From NCBI GenBank assembly GCA_019650635.1, contig BOXE01000001.1, positions 1,196-65,195 on the forward strand: DNA of 64,000 nucleotides, in the 5' to 3' direction. The notes beneath the pieces were generated by a model. The model worked only from the letters and a program-made list of their open reading frames with translations. It ran no database searches and was not told the origin of the DNA. The DNA is from Alphaproteobacteria bacterium (lineage in GTDB: Bacteria > Pseudomonadota > Alphaproteobacteria > Methylaequorales > Methylaequoraceae). A program made the translations under genes and the position numbers. Shown here in pieces: positions 24,234-33,852 of this stretch (the stretch's first letter is position 1; every line of letters begins with the position of its first letter).

Positions 24234-24923
24234 CTAATCTTTATCAATAGAGTAGCCAGAGGATCTAATAGTCCTTATAAAGTTTTTTTTCCCTTCGATA
24301 TTTAATGATTTTCTAAGCCTCCTTATGTGAGTGTCAACAGTTCTTCGTTCAACATAAATTCCGTGTCCCCAAACAGAATCTAGAAGTTGTTCTCTTGAAA
24401 ATACTCTGCAAGGGTTTTCCATAAGATGCTTTAAAAGATTATATTCCTTGGGTCCAAGATGAACTCTTGTCTTTCCTCTGAATACTTTATGTTCATTATC
24501 GAAAATTTTAATGTCTTCAAACTCTAATATGTTGTTTTGAGAAGAGGTTGATCTTCTTATTAGAGCTTTAATTCTAGCAATTAGTTCAGCGGGACTAAAA
24601 GGTTTTGATATGTAATCATCCGCCCCATATTCCAAACCCCTTATTCTGTCCTCCTCTTCCTCTCTGGCAGTCAACATTATAATCGGTAAATTACTGGTTT
24701 CTTGTTTTCTTCGCAGAATTTTACAAAGCTCTAATCCATTTGGTTCAGGAATCATCCAATCAAATATAGCCAATGATGGAATTTCTTCTTTAATTAACAA
24801 TAGTGCATCTTCACCGTTAGTGGCTGATTTAACGAGAAATCCGTTTTTTTCAATATTGTAGGTAATCATTGGTAGTAATGATTTATCATCCTCCACCACA
24901 AGAATTGTTTTTTTTGTTACCAT
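24234..24923 (-). CDS. phoB: Phosphate regulon response regulator
   Basis: VVEDD, DWMIP, GADDYISKPFS, RTVDTHIRRLR; follows phoU. Confidence 0.95.
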   Translation of the reverse strand: MVTKKTILVVEDDKSLLPMITYNIEKNGFLVKSATNGEDALLLIKEEIPSLAIFDWMIPEPNGLELCKILRRKQETSNLPIIMLTAREEEEDRIRGLEYGADDYISKPFSPAELIARIKALIRRSTSSQNNILEFEDIKIFDNEHKVFRGKTRVHLGPKEYNLLKHLMENPCRVFSREQLLDSVWGHGIYVERRTVDTHIRRLRKSLNIEGKKNFIRTIRSSGYSIDKD

Positions 24924-25577
24924 TTATTTCAGAGTGCCTTGAAGATTATAAATAACTTCTTTTGATATTACTTTCGATAGATCTCCAATTCTTTCTAATT
25001 CTTTAGCGATAAATAACATTTGTGTACAAAACCCAATAATATCTCTATCTTCCATCATTAAATGTAAGTGTTCTCTGAAACAAGTTTCATATACAGAGTT
25101 AATTGTAATGTCTTCAGTAGGAACAGATTGTGCAATTTTTTTTGACCCTTGATCATAAGCACTTAGAGCCGTGGAAAAGTTTTTTAAAACTAAAAGGCCC
25201 AGTTGGTGAACTGAATCAGTGCTATAGCTATCAGGAGCTTTTTTTACTGATAATATCCTTCCAGCTACGTTTGATGCATGATCACCAATGCGTTCTAGTA
25301 TACTTGATATTTTAAGAGAAATAATAATCTGCCTAAGATCATCTGCAAGAGGCTGTCTTTTGGACAACGTAATGGTTGCAAATCCTCTTATTTTTTTTTC
25401 TAAAGCATCAATGTCTTTATCATTTTCCACAACTTCTTTAGCTTTTGAAATGTTAATTATTTTAGTTAAATCAACAGCATTGTAGATTTGTTTCTCAACA
25501 TTCAAACCCATTTTAGTAAGGTTGCTTTTTAAAGAATTTAAATCTTCATCGTAGGTTGTTACAATATGTTCTTTCAT
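24924..25577 (-). CDS. phoU: Phosphate signalling protein PhoU
   Basis: QPLADDLR and two LERIGD motifs. Confidence 0.95.
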   Translation of the reverse strand: MKEHIVTTYDEDLNSLKSNLTKMGLNVEKQIYNAVDLTKIINISKAKEVVENDKDIDALEKKIRGFATITLSKRQPLADDLRQIIISLKISSILERIGDHASNVAGRILSVKKAPDSYSTDSVHQLGLLVLKNFSTALSAYDQGSKKIAQSVPTEDITINSVYETCFREHLHLMMEDRDIIGFCTQMLFIAKELERIGDLSKVISKEVIYNLQGTLK

Positions 25578-25580
25578 TTT

Positions 25581-26345
25581 TTACCCTATTTTTCCTGTGA
25601 TATAATCTTGAGTTTTTTTCTGGCTCGGTGTTGAAAAAATTTGATCTGTGCGCCCTACCTCGATCAAATTACCCATATGAAAAAAAGCAGTCTGCTGCGA
25701 AACTCTCGCAGCTTGTTGCATAGAGTGCGTTACTATTACGATAGTAAAGTTTTTAGCTAACTCGTCGATTAGCTCCTCAATAACGGCGGTTGCAATTGGA
25801 TCCAAGGCTGAGCATGGTTCATCCATTAAAATAATCTGGGGGCTTATTGCTATTGTCCTTGCAATACAAAGTCTTTGTTGCTGCCCTCCTGATAAAGAGG
25901 TTCCGGGTTCATGAATTCTGTCTTTTATTTCTTGGAATAATCCTGCTTTGACAAGACTCTGAGTTACTAGTTCATCGAGCTCATCATCACTCTTAGCAAG
26001 CCCATGAATTCTTGGACCGTAGGCAACATTTTCAAAAATTGATTTTGGAAATGGATTGGGTTTTTGAAAAACCATACCAACTTTTGCTCTCAGAAGGACA
26101 GGGTCAATTTCTTTCGAATAGATGTCTTCATTATCAATTATGATCTTTCCCTCAATTCTACAAATATCTATTGTGTCGTTCATTCTATTCAAGCATCTTA
26201 TGAAAGTTGATTTTCCGCAACCACTTGGACCAATCAGAGAAGTAACTTTTTTCTCTGGTATTTCTAAGTTTATGTTTTCCAAAGCTTTTTTATCGCCATA
26301 AAAAACATTTACCTTTTTTGTTGATATTTTTATCTTTTCTGCCAC
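25581..26345 (-). CDS. pstB: Phosphate ABC transporter ATPase
   Basis: [38 protein letters not shown]. Confidence 0.97.
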   Translation of the reverse strand: MAEKIKISTKKVNVFYGDKKALENINLEIPEKKVTSLIGPSGCGKSTFIRCLNRMNDTIDICRIEGKIIIDNEDIYSKEIDPVLLRAKVGMVFQKPNPFPKSIFENVAYGPRIHGLAKSDDELDELVTQSLVKAGLFQEIKDRIHEPGTSLSGGQQQRLCIARTIAISPQIILMDEPCSALDPIATAVIEELIDELAKNFTIVIVTHSMQQAARVSQQTAFFHMGNLIEVGRTDQIFSTPSQKKTQDYITGKIG

Positions 26346-26354
26346 AGATTTATA

Positions 26355-27629
26355 TTACCATTTTTTTTCAAATTTTTGTCGAATAAAAACAGCAAGTCCG
26401 TTCATGAGAATTAAAAAAACTAATAAAACAATTACACCTGCTGCCGTTAACTCCACAAAACCTCTTGCCGCAGTGCTTTTCCAAAGATAGATTTGAACTG
26501 GAAGAGCCGTTGAGGAATCAAGGAACGTAGTTGGAACATCCACAATGAAAGCTACCATTCCAATCATTAATAGAGGAGCAGACTCACCTAAAGCTCTTGA
26601 CATTCCAATTATTGTACCTGTCATTATCCCAGGAATAGCAAGGGGTAAAACATGATCAACAACACTTTGAAATCGCGTAGCTCCCAACCCAATAGCTGCT
26701 TCTCTAATAGAAGGCGGAACGCTTTTTAACGATGAGCGTGTTGCAATTATTATGGTTGGTAAAGTCATTAATGCCAAAACCATCCCTCCTACAATAGGGG
26801 CTGAACGCGGCAAATGCATAATATTTAGAAAAATAGCTAAACCGAGAAGTCCAAATATTATCGAAGGAACAGCAGCGAGATTATTAATATTTACTTCTAA
26901 AAATTCTGTAAATTTATTTTTAGGTGCAAGTTCTTCAAGAAAAACACCAGCGGCTACAGCAACAGGAAACGATAATATCAATGTGATCAAAAGTGTTAAA
27001 AAAGATCCAACTAGCGACCCCCAAATTCCAGCTTGTTCAGGTTCAGTAGAATCAGCTTTAGTAAAAAAATTTTTATTAAGTTCTTTTTTAAGTTCTTTAT
27101 TTAATCTTATTTGATTTAACCATCCTAATTGCTTATCAGAGATTAATCTGTCTTCTTCGTCTAAATCTTCCATCTCAGGATTTTTAACAATTACGTCAAT
27201 ATTTGATGATGCAAGAAGCCACATATTTTTATATTTTCCAATATAATCTTTGTTTTTGACTACAAACTCACTTAAATAATCAGCCTCAGAGCTTGATATG
27301 AAGCTTGATAATTCTTTTGAATCATTTTTATTTAAATTTTCAGGAAATTTCTTCTTTAGTGATTCTGTTATAATCTTATTAAAATTTGCATATCTGATAT
27401 CTTCATCATTTCTCTGATTTTGTGGATCAATAATCTCAGAATCGAAAAAAATATTTACTTTTATAAATGTTGTGAAAAAAGCTTTTTGACCTTGAGATAT
27501 TACCGAATATAGAATTGTTATTAAGAAAAGAAAAGCTATCAAAATTCCAAGAAAGCCGTAAAACTTAAACAATCGCTCACTCCTTTTCCTTCCAACAAGT
27601 GATAACTCGACTCTATCTAAATTATTAGT
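26355..27629 (-). CDS. pstA: Phosphate ABC transporter permease
   Basis: NLAAVPSII.GLLG, REAA.GLGA, RALGESAPL. Confidence 0.95.
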   Translation of the reverse strand, partial: TNNLDRVELSLVGRKRSERLFKFYGFLGILIAFLFLITILYSVISQGQKAFFTTFIKVNIFFDSEIIDPQNQRNDEDIRYANFNKIITESLKKKFPENLNKNDSKELSSFISSSEADYLSEFVVKNKDYIGKYKNMWLLASSNIDVIVKNPEMEDLDEEDRLISDKQLGWLNQIRLNKELKKELNKNFFTKADSTEPEQAGIWGSLVGSFLTLLITLILSFPVAVAAGVFLEELAPKNKFTEFLEVNINNLAAVPSIIFGLLGLAIFLNIMHLPRSAPIVGGMVLALMTLPTIIIATRSSLKSVPPSIREAAIGLGATRFQSVVDHVLPLAIPGIMTGTIIGMSRALGESAPLLMIGMVAFIVDVPTTFLDSSTALPVQIYLWKSTAARGFVELTAAGVIVLLVFLILMNGLAVFIRQKFEKKW

Positions 27630-29010
27630 CATACTTTTCCCTATATTTTTGAACAATCCTTAATGCGATAATATTTAAAAATAATGTAGCAAAAAAAAGT
27701 GTTATTCCTAAAGCAAATGCTGCTAGAGTTTTTGCACTATCAAATTCTTGATCACCAACTAACAATGTTACAATCTGCACAGTAACTGTCGTTACAGATT
27801 CAAAAGGATTAAGTGTTAGATTTGCAGCAATTCCAGCAGCCATTACAACAATCATTGTTTCACCTATAGCCCTTGATATTGCCAATAAAACTGCACCCAT
27901 TATTCCAGGAAGTGCAGCTGGAAGAATAATTTTTTTTACAGTTTCAGATTTTGTTGCACCCATGGCATAAGACCCATCTCTAAGATTTTGAGGTACAGCT
28001 CTTATCACATCATCTGAAAGTGATGATATGAAAGGGATAATCATAATTCCCATGACACCGCCAGCTGCAATAGCACTTTCTGAAGCAATAGTAAATCCAA
28101 ATTCTCCAACAAAATTCTTTAAAAAGGGGCCAACAGTTATTGCTGCAAAAAATCCGTAAACTACAGTTGGTACACCTGCTAAAATTTCAAGGATTGGTTT
28201 AAACGTTGACCGTACAGAAGGTTTAGCGTATTCGGCTAAATAAATAGCCGAAAAGAGACCAATTGGAATAGCAACAAACATTGCAACAAATGTTATTAAA
28301 AGTGTCCCAGAAAAAATTGGAATTGCACCAAAAGCCCCATCGCTGGCTACTTGCCCCTCTCTAATAGCAGTTTGTGGACTCCAGTTAAATCCAAAAAGAA
28401 AATCAAAAAAATTTACCTTTTCAAAAAATCTCAATGCTTCAAAAATTAGCGAAAGAATAATCCCTATTGTTGCGATTATCGCAATTGTAGAACACAAAAT
28501 TAACAAATTAATATTTGTTTTTTCAACTGCCTGCCTTGCCTTGAATAAAAATGAGATTCTATTTATTGAAAAAATACTTACAGTTAAACCAACGAAAAGA
28601 ATTATTGAATACGCAATCGAATCACTCAGTTTGTCGATTTTATTATAATATAAAGCATTCTCGATGATAATAGGGTTTGTTCCTGGAAAAATATTAGATA
28701 TGTCAGTGGCCTTAATAATATCAATTAGCATATTAGGTGTTCCACCGAACTCATCTATTAGAGCTTTTGGAATGTTTTGAATTAAAATATAGTCTAGGAT
28801 GTGAGGCTTTGAGAACACCCAGACAATCAAAAAAAGTAACACTGAGATTACCAACCACAAAAATGCGTTGGCACCATAATATGAAGGTAATGATGGAAGT
28901 TTTGGTCCCTCTTTAATATTAGAGTTTAATTTAAGAGCTTTATTAGTTCCGTACCATTGAGTTGTTAAACCCAGGAATACTATAATAAAAAAGAAAGACC
29001 AAAACCCCAT
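27625..29010 (-). CDS. pstC: Phosphate ABC transporter permease
   Basis: EILAGVPTVVYGFF, SRAIGETMIV. Confidence 0.95.
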   Translation of the reverse strand: MGFWSFFFIIVFLGLTTQWYGTNKALKLNSNIKEGPKLPSLPSYYGANAFLWLVISVLLFLIVWVFSKPHILDYILIQNIPKALIDEFGGTPNMLIDIIKATDISNIFPGTNPIIIENALYYNKIDKLSDSIAYSIILFVGLTVSIFSINRISFLFKARQAVEKTNINLLILCSTIAIIATIGIILSLIFEALRFFEKVNFFDFLFGFNWSPQTAIREGQVASDGAFGAIPIFSGTLLITFVAMFVAIPIGLFSAIYLAEYAKPSVRSTFKPILEILAGVPTVVYGFFAAITVGPFLKNFVGEFGFTIASESAIAAGGVMGIMIIPFISSLSDDVIRAVPQNLRDGSYAMGATKSETVKKIILPAALPGIMGAVLLAISRAIGETMIVVMAAGIAANLTLNPFESVTTVTVQIVTLLVGDQEFDSAKTLAAFALGITLFFATLFLNIIALRIVQKYREKYD

Positions 29011-29022
29011 AAATTACTGTGT

Positions 29023-30072
29023 TTATTTTTTCAACAAATTTTCATCAAATTTCGCAAGGGTTTTACCATCTTTCTCAAACTTTGCTCTTTCACTTTTTGG
29101 AAGTGGAATTAACCCTTTTGAAATAAGATATCCCTCATTCCCAATAGACTTTGATGATGTAAACTCTCTTACATATTGTTTGACTCCAGGTATAACAGAT
29201 GCATGAGCATTTTTCACATAGAAGAACAATGATCTAGAAACTGGGTATTCTCCTGATGAAATAGCTTCAAATTCAGGAAAAACATTGTCAACTTTTGAAG
29301 CTTTGACTTTGTCTTTATTCTGATCGAGAAAAGAATATCCAAATACACCTAAAGCGTCAGGGTTAGCTACCAATTTTTCTATAATTAGATTATCATTTTC
29401 ACCTGCTTCAACATATAATCCATCTTCTCTTATTGCTCTACACTGAGATTTATATAATTGTTTGTCCTTTTTTTTAAGAGCATTCCTACCTGGAAAAGTT
29501 TTGCATCCTTTTTCAATAGCAAGTTCATTAAAAGCGTCCCTAGTCCCAGAAGTAGGCGGAGGACCAATTACTACAATTGGTTTCGCTGGGAGTTTTGGAT
29601 TAATTTCATTCCACATTTTGAAGGGATTTGCTTTAACTTCGTCCCCCTCAGCATCAGCTGGTATTTCTTTGGCGAGAGCAAGATAAAGATCTCTTAATGT
29701 CAAATCAAAGGTTGGACCAGATTTAGCATTAGCGATTGCAATTCCATCATATCCGATTTTTATTTCCGTAATATCTTTAACACCATTTTTCTCGCAGTTT
29801 TTTACTTCTTTCATTTTTATTCTTCTTGAAGCATTGGTTATGTCTGGGTGTTGAGTTCCTAATCCCTTACAAAAAAGCTTCAGCCCCCCACCAGAGCCGG
29901 TTGATTCTATAACTGGTGTTTTGAAGCCACTCGTTTTACCAAATCTCTCTGCAACAACGGTTGCAAATGGATAAACGGTTGAAGAACCAACAATTTTAAT
30001 TTGATCACGAGCTTCAGATTGATTGCTTAACATTAAAGCAAGAGCAGTAAAGGTTATAATTTTTTTTTTCAT
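29023..30072 (-). CDS. pstS: Phosphate ABC transporter substrate-binding protein
   Basis: Signal peptide, GSSTVYPF, STGSGGG, PPPTSGTRD, YPVSRSLF. Confidence 0.95.
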   Translation of the reverse strand: MKKKIITFTALALMLSNQSEARDQIKIVGSSTVYPFATVVAERFGKTSGFKTPVIESTGSGGGLKLFCKGLGTQHPDITNASRRIKMKEVKNCEKNGVKDITEIKIGYDGIAIANAKSGPTFDLTLRDLYLALAKEIPADAEGDEVKANPFKMWNEINPKLPAKPIVVIGPPPTSGTRDAFNELAIEKGCKTFPGRNALKKKDKQLYKSQCRAIREDGLYVEAGENDNLIIEKLVANPDALGVFGYSFLDQNKDKVKASKVDNVFPEFEAISSGEYPVSRSLFFYVKNAHASVIPGVKQYVREFTSSKSIGNEGYLISKGLIPLPKSERAKFEKDGKTLAKFDENLLKK

Positions 30073-30133
30073 TTAGTCCTCTCTTGTTATAAATGGTTAA
30101 AGCTAATAAATACTTCTTGAAAAATGAGAAATT

Positions 30134-30162
30134 ATTACAGAATTGTTACATTAATATGACAA
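30134..30162 (-). promoter_or_regulatory. Pho box upstream of pstS (three 11-bp-spaced repeats)
   Basis: Minus strand TTGTCAT-ATTA-ATGTAAC-AATT-CTGTAAT resembles CTGTCAT-N4 repeats. Confidence 0.8.
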
Positions 30163-30291
30163 TGCAGATTTTTTTTTAAAATTAAAAGATAAAAATTAGT
30201 CTTTACGTTGTAAAATTAACAAATAGAAGTAAGTTAGCTAATAAGATCTAGAGCTATAAAATGAAAGTAAACGAATTTTAAGGAGAGATTA

Positions 30292-30840
30292 ATGAAAAAA
30301 CAAGACTTTGTTATGAAGGTAGGAGAATCACTAGTTGCTGGCGGACCACCAGGAACTGCGGCAGAACCTGAGGTTGTAATAGGGAAGCTGGATGGTCCAT
30401 TTGGCACCGCATTCGCAAATTTAATAGGAAATCAAATAAAAGGTCATACGAAAGTTCTCGCTATAATGAATACAGACGTTATGGTTAGACCCCCTACTTT
30501 AATGGTAAGCAAAGTTACAGTCAAAGATGATAGATATACAAATATTCTGATGGGCACTGTCCAAGGAGCAATAGCAAATGGGGTTTTAGATTCTGTTCGC
30601 GAAGGTTATATTCCGAAAGATATTGTAAATGAAGTTGGTATTATAGTCTCAGTTTGGTTAAATCCAAGCGTAAGCGATGATAAGAATTTAGACCACCAAA
30701 TACTTTTTGATATTCATAGAAAAGCCACAACAAATGCAATTCAAAAGGCAATGAATGATGAGCCATCAATTGATTGGCTCTTAGAAAATCAGGATAAAAT
30801 CATACACAAATATTTTGAAAAAGCCTTAAAAGGCGAATAA
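30292..30840 (+). CDS. fae: Formaldehyde-activating enzyme (Fae) family protein, non-canonical subtype
   Basis: VGESLV, GPFGTAFAN, GHT, VRPPTLMVSKVT, VQGAIANGVLDSV, IIVSVW, EPSIDWLL; AAGGAG RBS. Confidence 0.85.
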   Translation: MKKQDFVMKVGESLVAGGPPGTAAEPEVVIGKLDGPFGTAFANLIGNQIKGHTKVLAIMNTDVMVRPPTLMVSKVTVKDDRYTNILMGTVQGAIANGVLDSVREGYIPKDIVNEVGIIVSVWLNPSVSDDKNLDHQILFDIHRKATTNAIQKAMNDEPSIDWLLENQDKIIHKYFEKALKGE

Positions 30841-30923
30841 GTGCATACACACCCTTTAGCCCCAACATTCTGTGGTAATCAAAAAGCATAGGGCTTTTAA
30901 AAAATTTTGTGTATATACACTTA
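30838..30923 (-). ncRNA. Candidate structured RNA: ~86-nt rod-like hairpin
   Basis: 15-bp outer stem TAAGTGTATATACAC / GTGTGTATGCACTTA plus inner stem AGCCCTA..TTTTG / CAGAA..TGGGGCT; G-U pairs form only on the minus strand. Confidence 0.45.
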
Positions 30924-30992
30924 AATAAAACATTTTTCATTTTCACTCTTATAAGTTGAATAACAATGTTTGTACAATCTTCAAGAAATAGG

Positions 30993-31017
30993 AAAAAGGT
31001 GAGCAAGCCTCACCTTT
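30993..31017 (-). terminator. Intrinsic terminator of porin gene
   Basis: AAAGGTGAG-GCTTG-CTCACCTTTTT on minus strand, just after the porin stop. Confidence 0.8.
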
Positions 31018-31044
31018 AAATAAATTTAAAATTAACTTTAATGT

Positions 31045-32451
31045 TTAAAATTTAGCATGCAGTCTAGCCTGGATGGACGTCATGGTGTGTCTTCTGTCCG
31101 CTCTATTGCCATCGCTATAAAAGTCATTGTGCCCACCTAAATATACACCTCTAGTAGCATCGACCATTAATCTAACATTACTGTTGAAATAGTGATTTAG
31201 CCCAATATGAATCGCCTTACCATGTGTACCATTTAAACCATTTAATTCACCGTCTCTGGTATCGATCGATTCAAGCATAAATTTGGCTGCAGTACATCCG
31301 AATTTAGCTTTACATTTTACGCCACCAATTTTACCTTTTTTTGAACTTATTTTGACCGTTGCATCACTATTGAAGAAATATTGACCATAAATAGATCCTC
31401 CCTCTGCACTGTAATCATCATAAACGGTGTAACCGTCTCTGCGCTCGCCTGTAATCCAATAATATTCTGTAGCTAAATAGTATCTTCCATTAGAATATTG
31501 GAATTGAGGCCCTCCGTAATGATAGCTAGATATGTTAGAAATAGTGGTATCGACAATTTTTTCTCCTAGTGTATGCACTCCATTTTGTCGGAAGGAAACG
31601 CTTCGTGTGTGATCATTTAGTGGTCTTTCCACTTGCCAAGAGGCTCCCAGTAACCATGTATCTTTTCCTCCTATGAATTGATCAAAAAGACCTTTACCAG
31701 TATAGTGAGCTGCAATTGAGTGGTTCCAAGTAACTTCACCACCATCACCATCTTCTTGCTCAAGTCTCCATGCACCCTCATTACCATAGCCAATAAGTAA
31801 CGCTCTTACATGAAATCCCTTCGGAAAAAGTGCCCCACCATTATCATAATGAAGGCCAGCTCTATGCGCTAGATTTGCAAACTCATTATACATTGGGCGT
31901 TCCATCATCAAAATACTATTTGAACTTGTGTTCTCCCAATATCCTCCAGCTGATTTAGCGTTACCAAACATGAAAGAACCAATTCCTTTGATTTTCTTTT
32001 TGATCAAAGCATCTTTAACATCGACACCCTTCCCGTTTGTATTAGAATCATCAGAAATTGTTTCGGCAAAGTCAGGTTGAAAGGCCAAACTCCAGCCATC
32101 GCCTAAACCTACTTTAATAGAAAATCTAAGTCTTCTAAATTCGGCACCAAAACTATCGAATTTATTTGCATGACCCACTGAACTATCATTAGTCATACCA
32201 TCTATATGAGAAATATCATACATAGCTCTACCTTTAATCTGGAAAGAATACTTTCCATCAGAGCTTTCAATACTAAGTCCTTTTCCTTTCTTAAAGAAAG
32301 CCTTATTGTTAGTTCCTTTATTCATTTCTTGTTTCATTTTTAGTAATTCATTTTGTAATGCGTCAATTTGAGCACCGTAATCTTGACTGTGTGCGTTTGA
32401 ATATAATAAACTAATCGCTGATGCAGCCAATCCACAATAAAATTTTTTCAT
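31045..32451 (-). CDS. OprO/OprP-type phosphate-selective porin
   Basis: Signal peptide, coiled N-terminus, EFRRLR, DVKDA, MERP, GLNHYFNSNVRLM, C-terminal Phe; lies in the Pho locus. Confidence 0.85.
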   Translation of the reverse strand: MKKFYCGLAASAISLLYSNAHSQDYGAQIDALQNELLKMKQEMNKGTNNKAFFKKGKGLSIESSDGKYSFQIKGRAMYDISHIDGMTNDSSVGHANKFDSFGAEFRRLRFSIKVGLGDGWSLAFQPDFAETISDDSNTNGKGVDVKDALIKKKIKGIGSFMFGNAKSAGGYWENTSSNSILMMERPMYNEFANLAHRAGLHYDNGGALFPKGFHVRALLIGYGNEGAWRLEQEDGDGGEVTWNHSIAAHYTGKGLFDQFIGGKDTWLLGASWQVERPLNDHTRSVSFRQNGVHTLGEKIVDTTISNISSYHYGGPQFQYSNGRYYLATEYYWITGERRDGYTVYDDYSAEGGSIYGQYFFNSDATVKISSKKGKIGGVKCKAKFGCTAAKFMLESIDTRDGELNGLNGTHGKAIHIGLNHYFNSNVRLMVDATRGVYLGGHNDFYSDGNRADRRHTMTSIQARLHAKF

Positions 32452-32496
32452 ACATTCTCCTTAATCAATATTTATTAATTAAGTTAATTAACAATT

Positions 32497-32514
32497 GTTA
32501 CAGTTAAGTGACTG
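32497..32514 (-). promoter_or_regulatory. Pho box upstream of porin
   Basis: Minus strand CAGTCAC-TTAA-CTGTAAC with 11-bp spacing; shares TGTAACAATT with the pstS box. Confidence 0.7.
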
Positions 32515-32562
32515 TTTAAAGGCAATTTGATGATAAGATGAATATAAAAGTTTTTTAAAAGG

Positions 32563-33813
32563 CTATAATTTATCAAAGCTAATCGAAAATAAAGAGCCCT
32601 TGTCAATTTCAGAGTGAATTTTCAATTCAGCATTATGCCTATTAAGAATGTGTTTAACAATCGATAGACCAAGACCTGTGTGACCTGTATCCCGCGGCCG
32701 TACTGAATCTATTCTGTAGAATCTTTTGGTAAGCATTGGAATATTTTGATTAGAAATTCCAATTCCAAAATCTTGAACAATAAACATTACCTTCTTCTGT
32801 TTCTTCATTAATTTAATCTGTACGGGTCTTTTAGATTGGCTGTGTGTTATTGCATTCTCAATAATATTAAAAAAAACTTGCTGTAATTCTGTTTTATCTC
32901 CAATAATTTCAATATTGCTTTTAGGAATCGAAAATTTATATTTAGTTTTGCTCAAAAACTTTCTTTCCTGACATGTCTTCTTAACGTTTTCTAGAATTTC
33001 AATTAGGTTAACTTTTTCTTCTGGGGGGATATACTCTATCCTTTCAATTCTTGAAAGTGACAATAAGTCTTTAACCAAAGAGGACATTCTTGTAGCTTCA
33101 TTGAACATAGTTTTAAGAAAATCCTCTTTTTTTGATTTTATTTTGGGAGGTTCATTTAATAAGGTTTCACAATATCCCATGATTGAGGCAATTGGAGTTT
33201 TTAATTCATGACTAGCATTTGCTATAAAATCTCTCTGAATATTCTGAATATTGTGTTGAGATGTTGTATCAAATAGTCTGATGAAATTTAATTTATTTTT
33301 CCCCAAATCTCTTCTGCCAGAAACCCAAATATTAAAGATTTTTTCCTTTGGATAAATTAAATTCAACTCTTTCTCAACAGGTCTCTTTTGTTTAACAGAT
33401 TCATCGATAAGCGAACTTAGTTCTGGTATTCTAATAGCTGAGAAAATATTTTTTTGCTTTGAATCTTCTCCAAAAAAATTAATTGCTTGTTCATTCATTT
33501 CAATAATTATGTTGTTTTGGTCAATTATAAGAAGGGGATCAGGAAAAAATTGAAAAAAATAGTCATAGAAAAAAATTCTCAACCTTGAGAACTTCGACTT
33601 TTCATTAAGATTTTTTATTATTAAATTAAGATTAAAAATTAGCGGTTGAAAAAGATTAAAGAAAAAAACCTTATCCGATCTAACTGCACTCCCTTTAAAA
33701 TTTTGAAGCGATTTACTAATAATCTTCAAATCTTTTATGAAAATTATTAGCAAGATTAAGGATACAACAAACAAAAAAAGAAATACAATAATTATGTCTT
33801 TATGAACGAACAT
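32563..33813 (-). CDS. phoR: Phosphate regulon sensor kinase
   Basis: PAS-like region, DFIANASHELKTP, N box, RFYRID, GTGLGL-like HTGLGLSIVKH. Confidence 0.9.
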   Translation of the reverse strand: MFVHKDIIIVFLFLFVVSLILLIIFIKDLKIISKSLQNFKGSAVRSDKVFFFNLFQPLIFNLNLIIKNLNEKSKFSRLRIFFYDYFFQFFPDPLLIIDQNNIIIEMNEQAINFFGEDSKQKNIFSAIRIPELSSLIDESVKQKRPVEKELNLIYPKEKIFNIWVSGRRDLGKNKLNFIRLFDTTSQHNIQNIQRDFIANASHELKTPIASIMGYCETLLNEPPKIKSKKEDFLKTMFNEATRMSSLVKDLLSLSRIERIEYIPPEEKVNLIEILENVKKTCQERKFLSKTKYKFSIPKSNIEIIGDKTELQQVFFNIIENAITHSQSKRPVQIKLMKKQKKVMFIVQDFGIGISNQNIPMLTKRFYRIDSVRPRDTGHTGLGLSIVKHILNRHNAELKIHSEIDKGSLFSISFDKL

Positions 33814-33852
33814 GAAAATGATTTAATATTTTGTATACTAACTTAAATTAAT

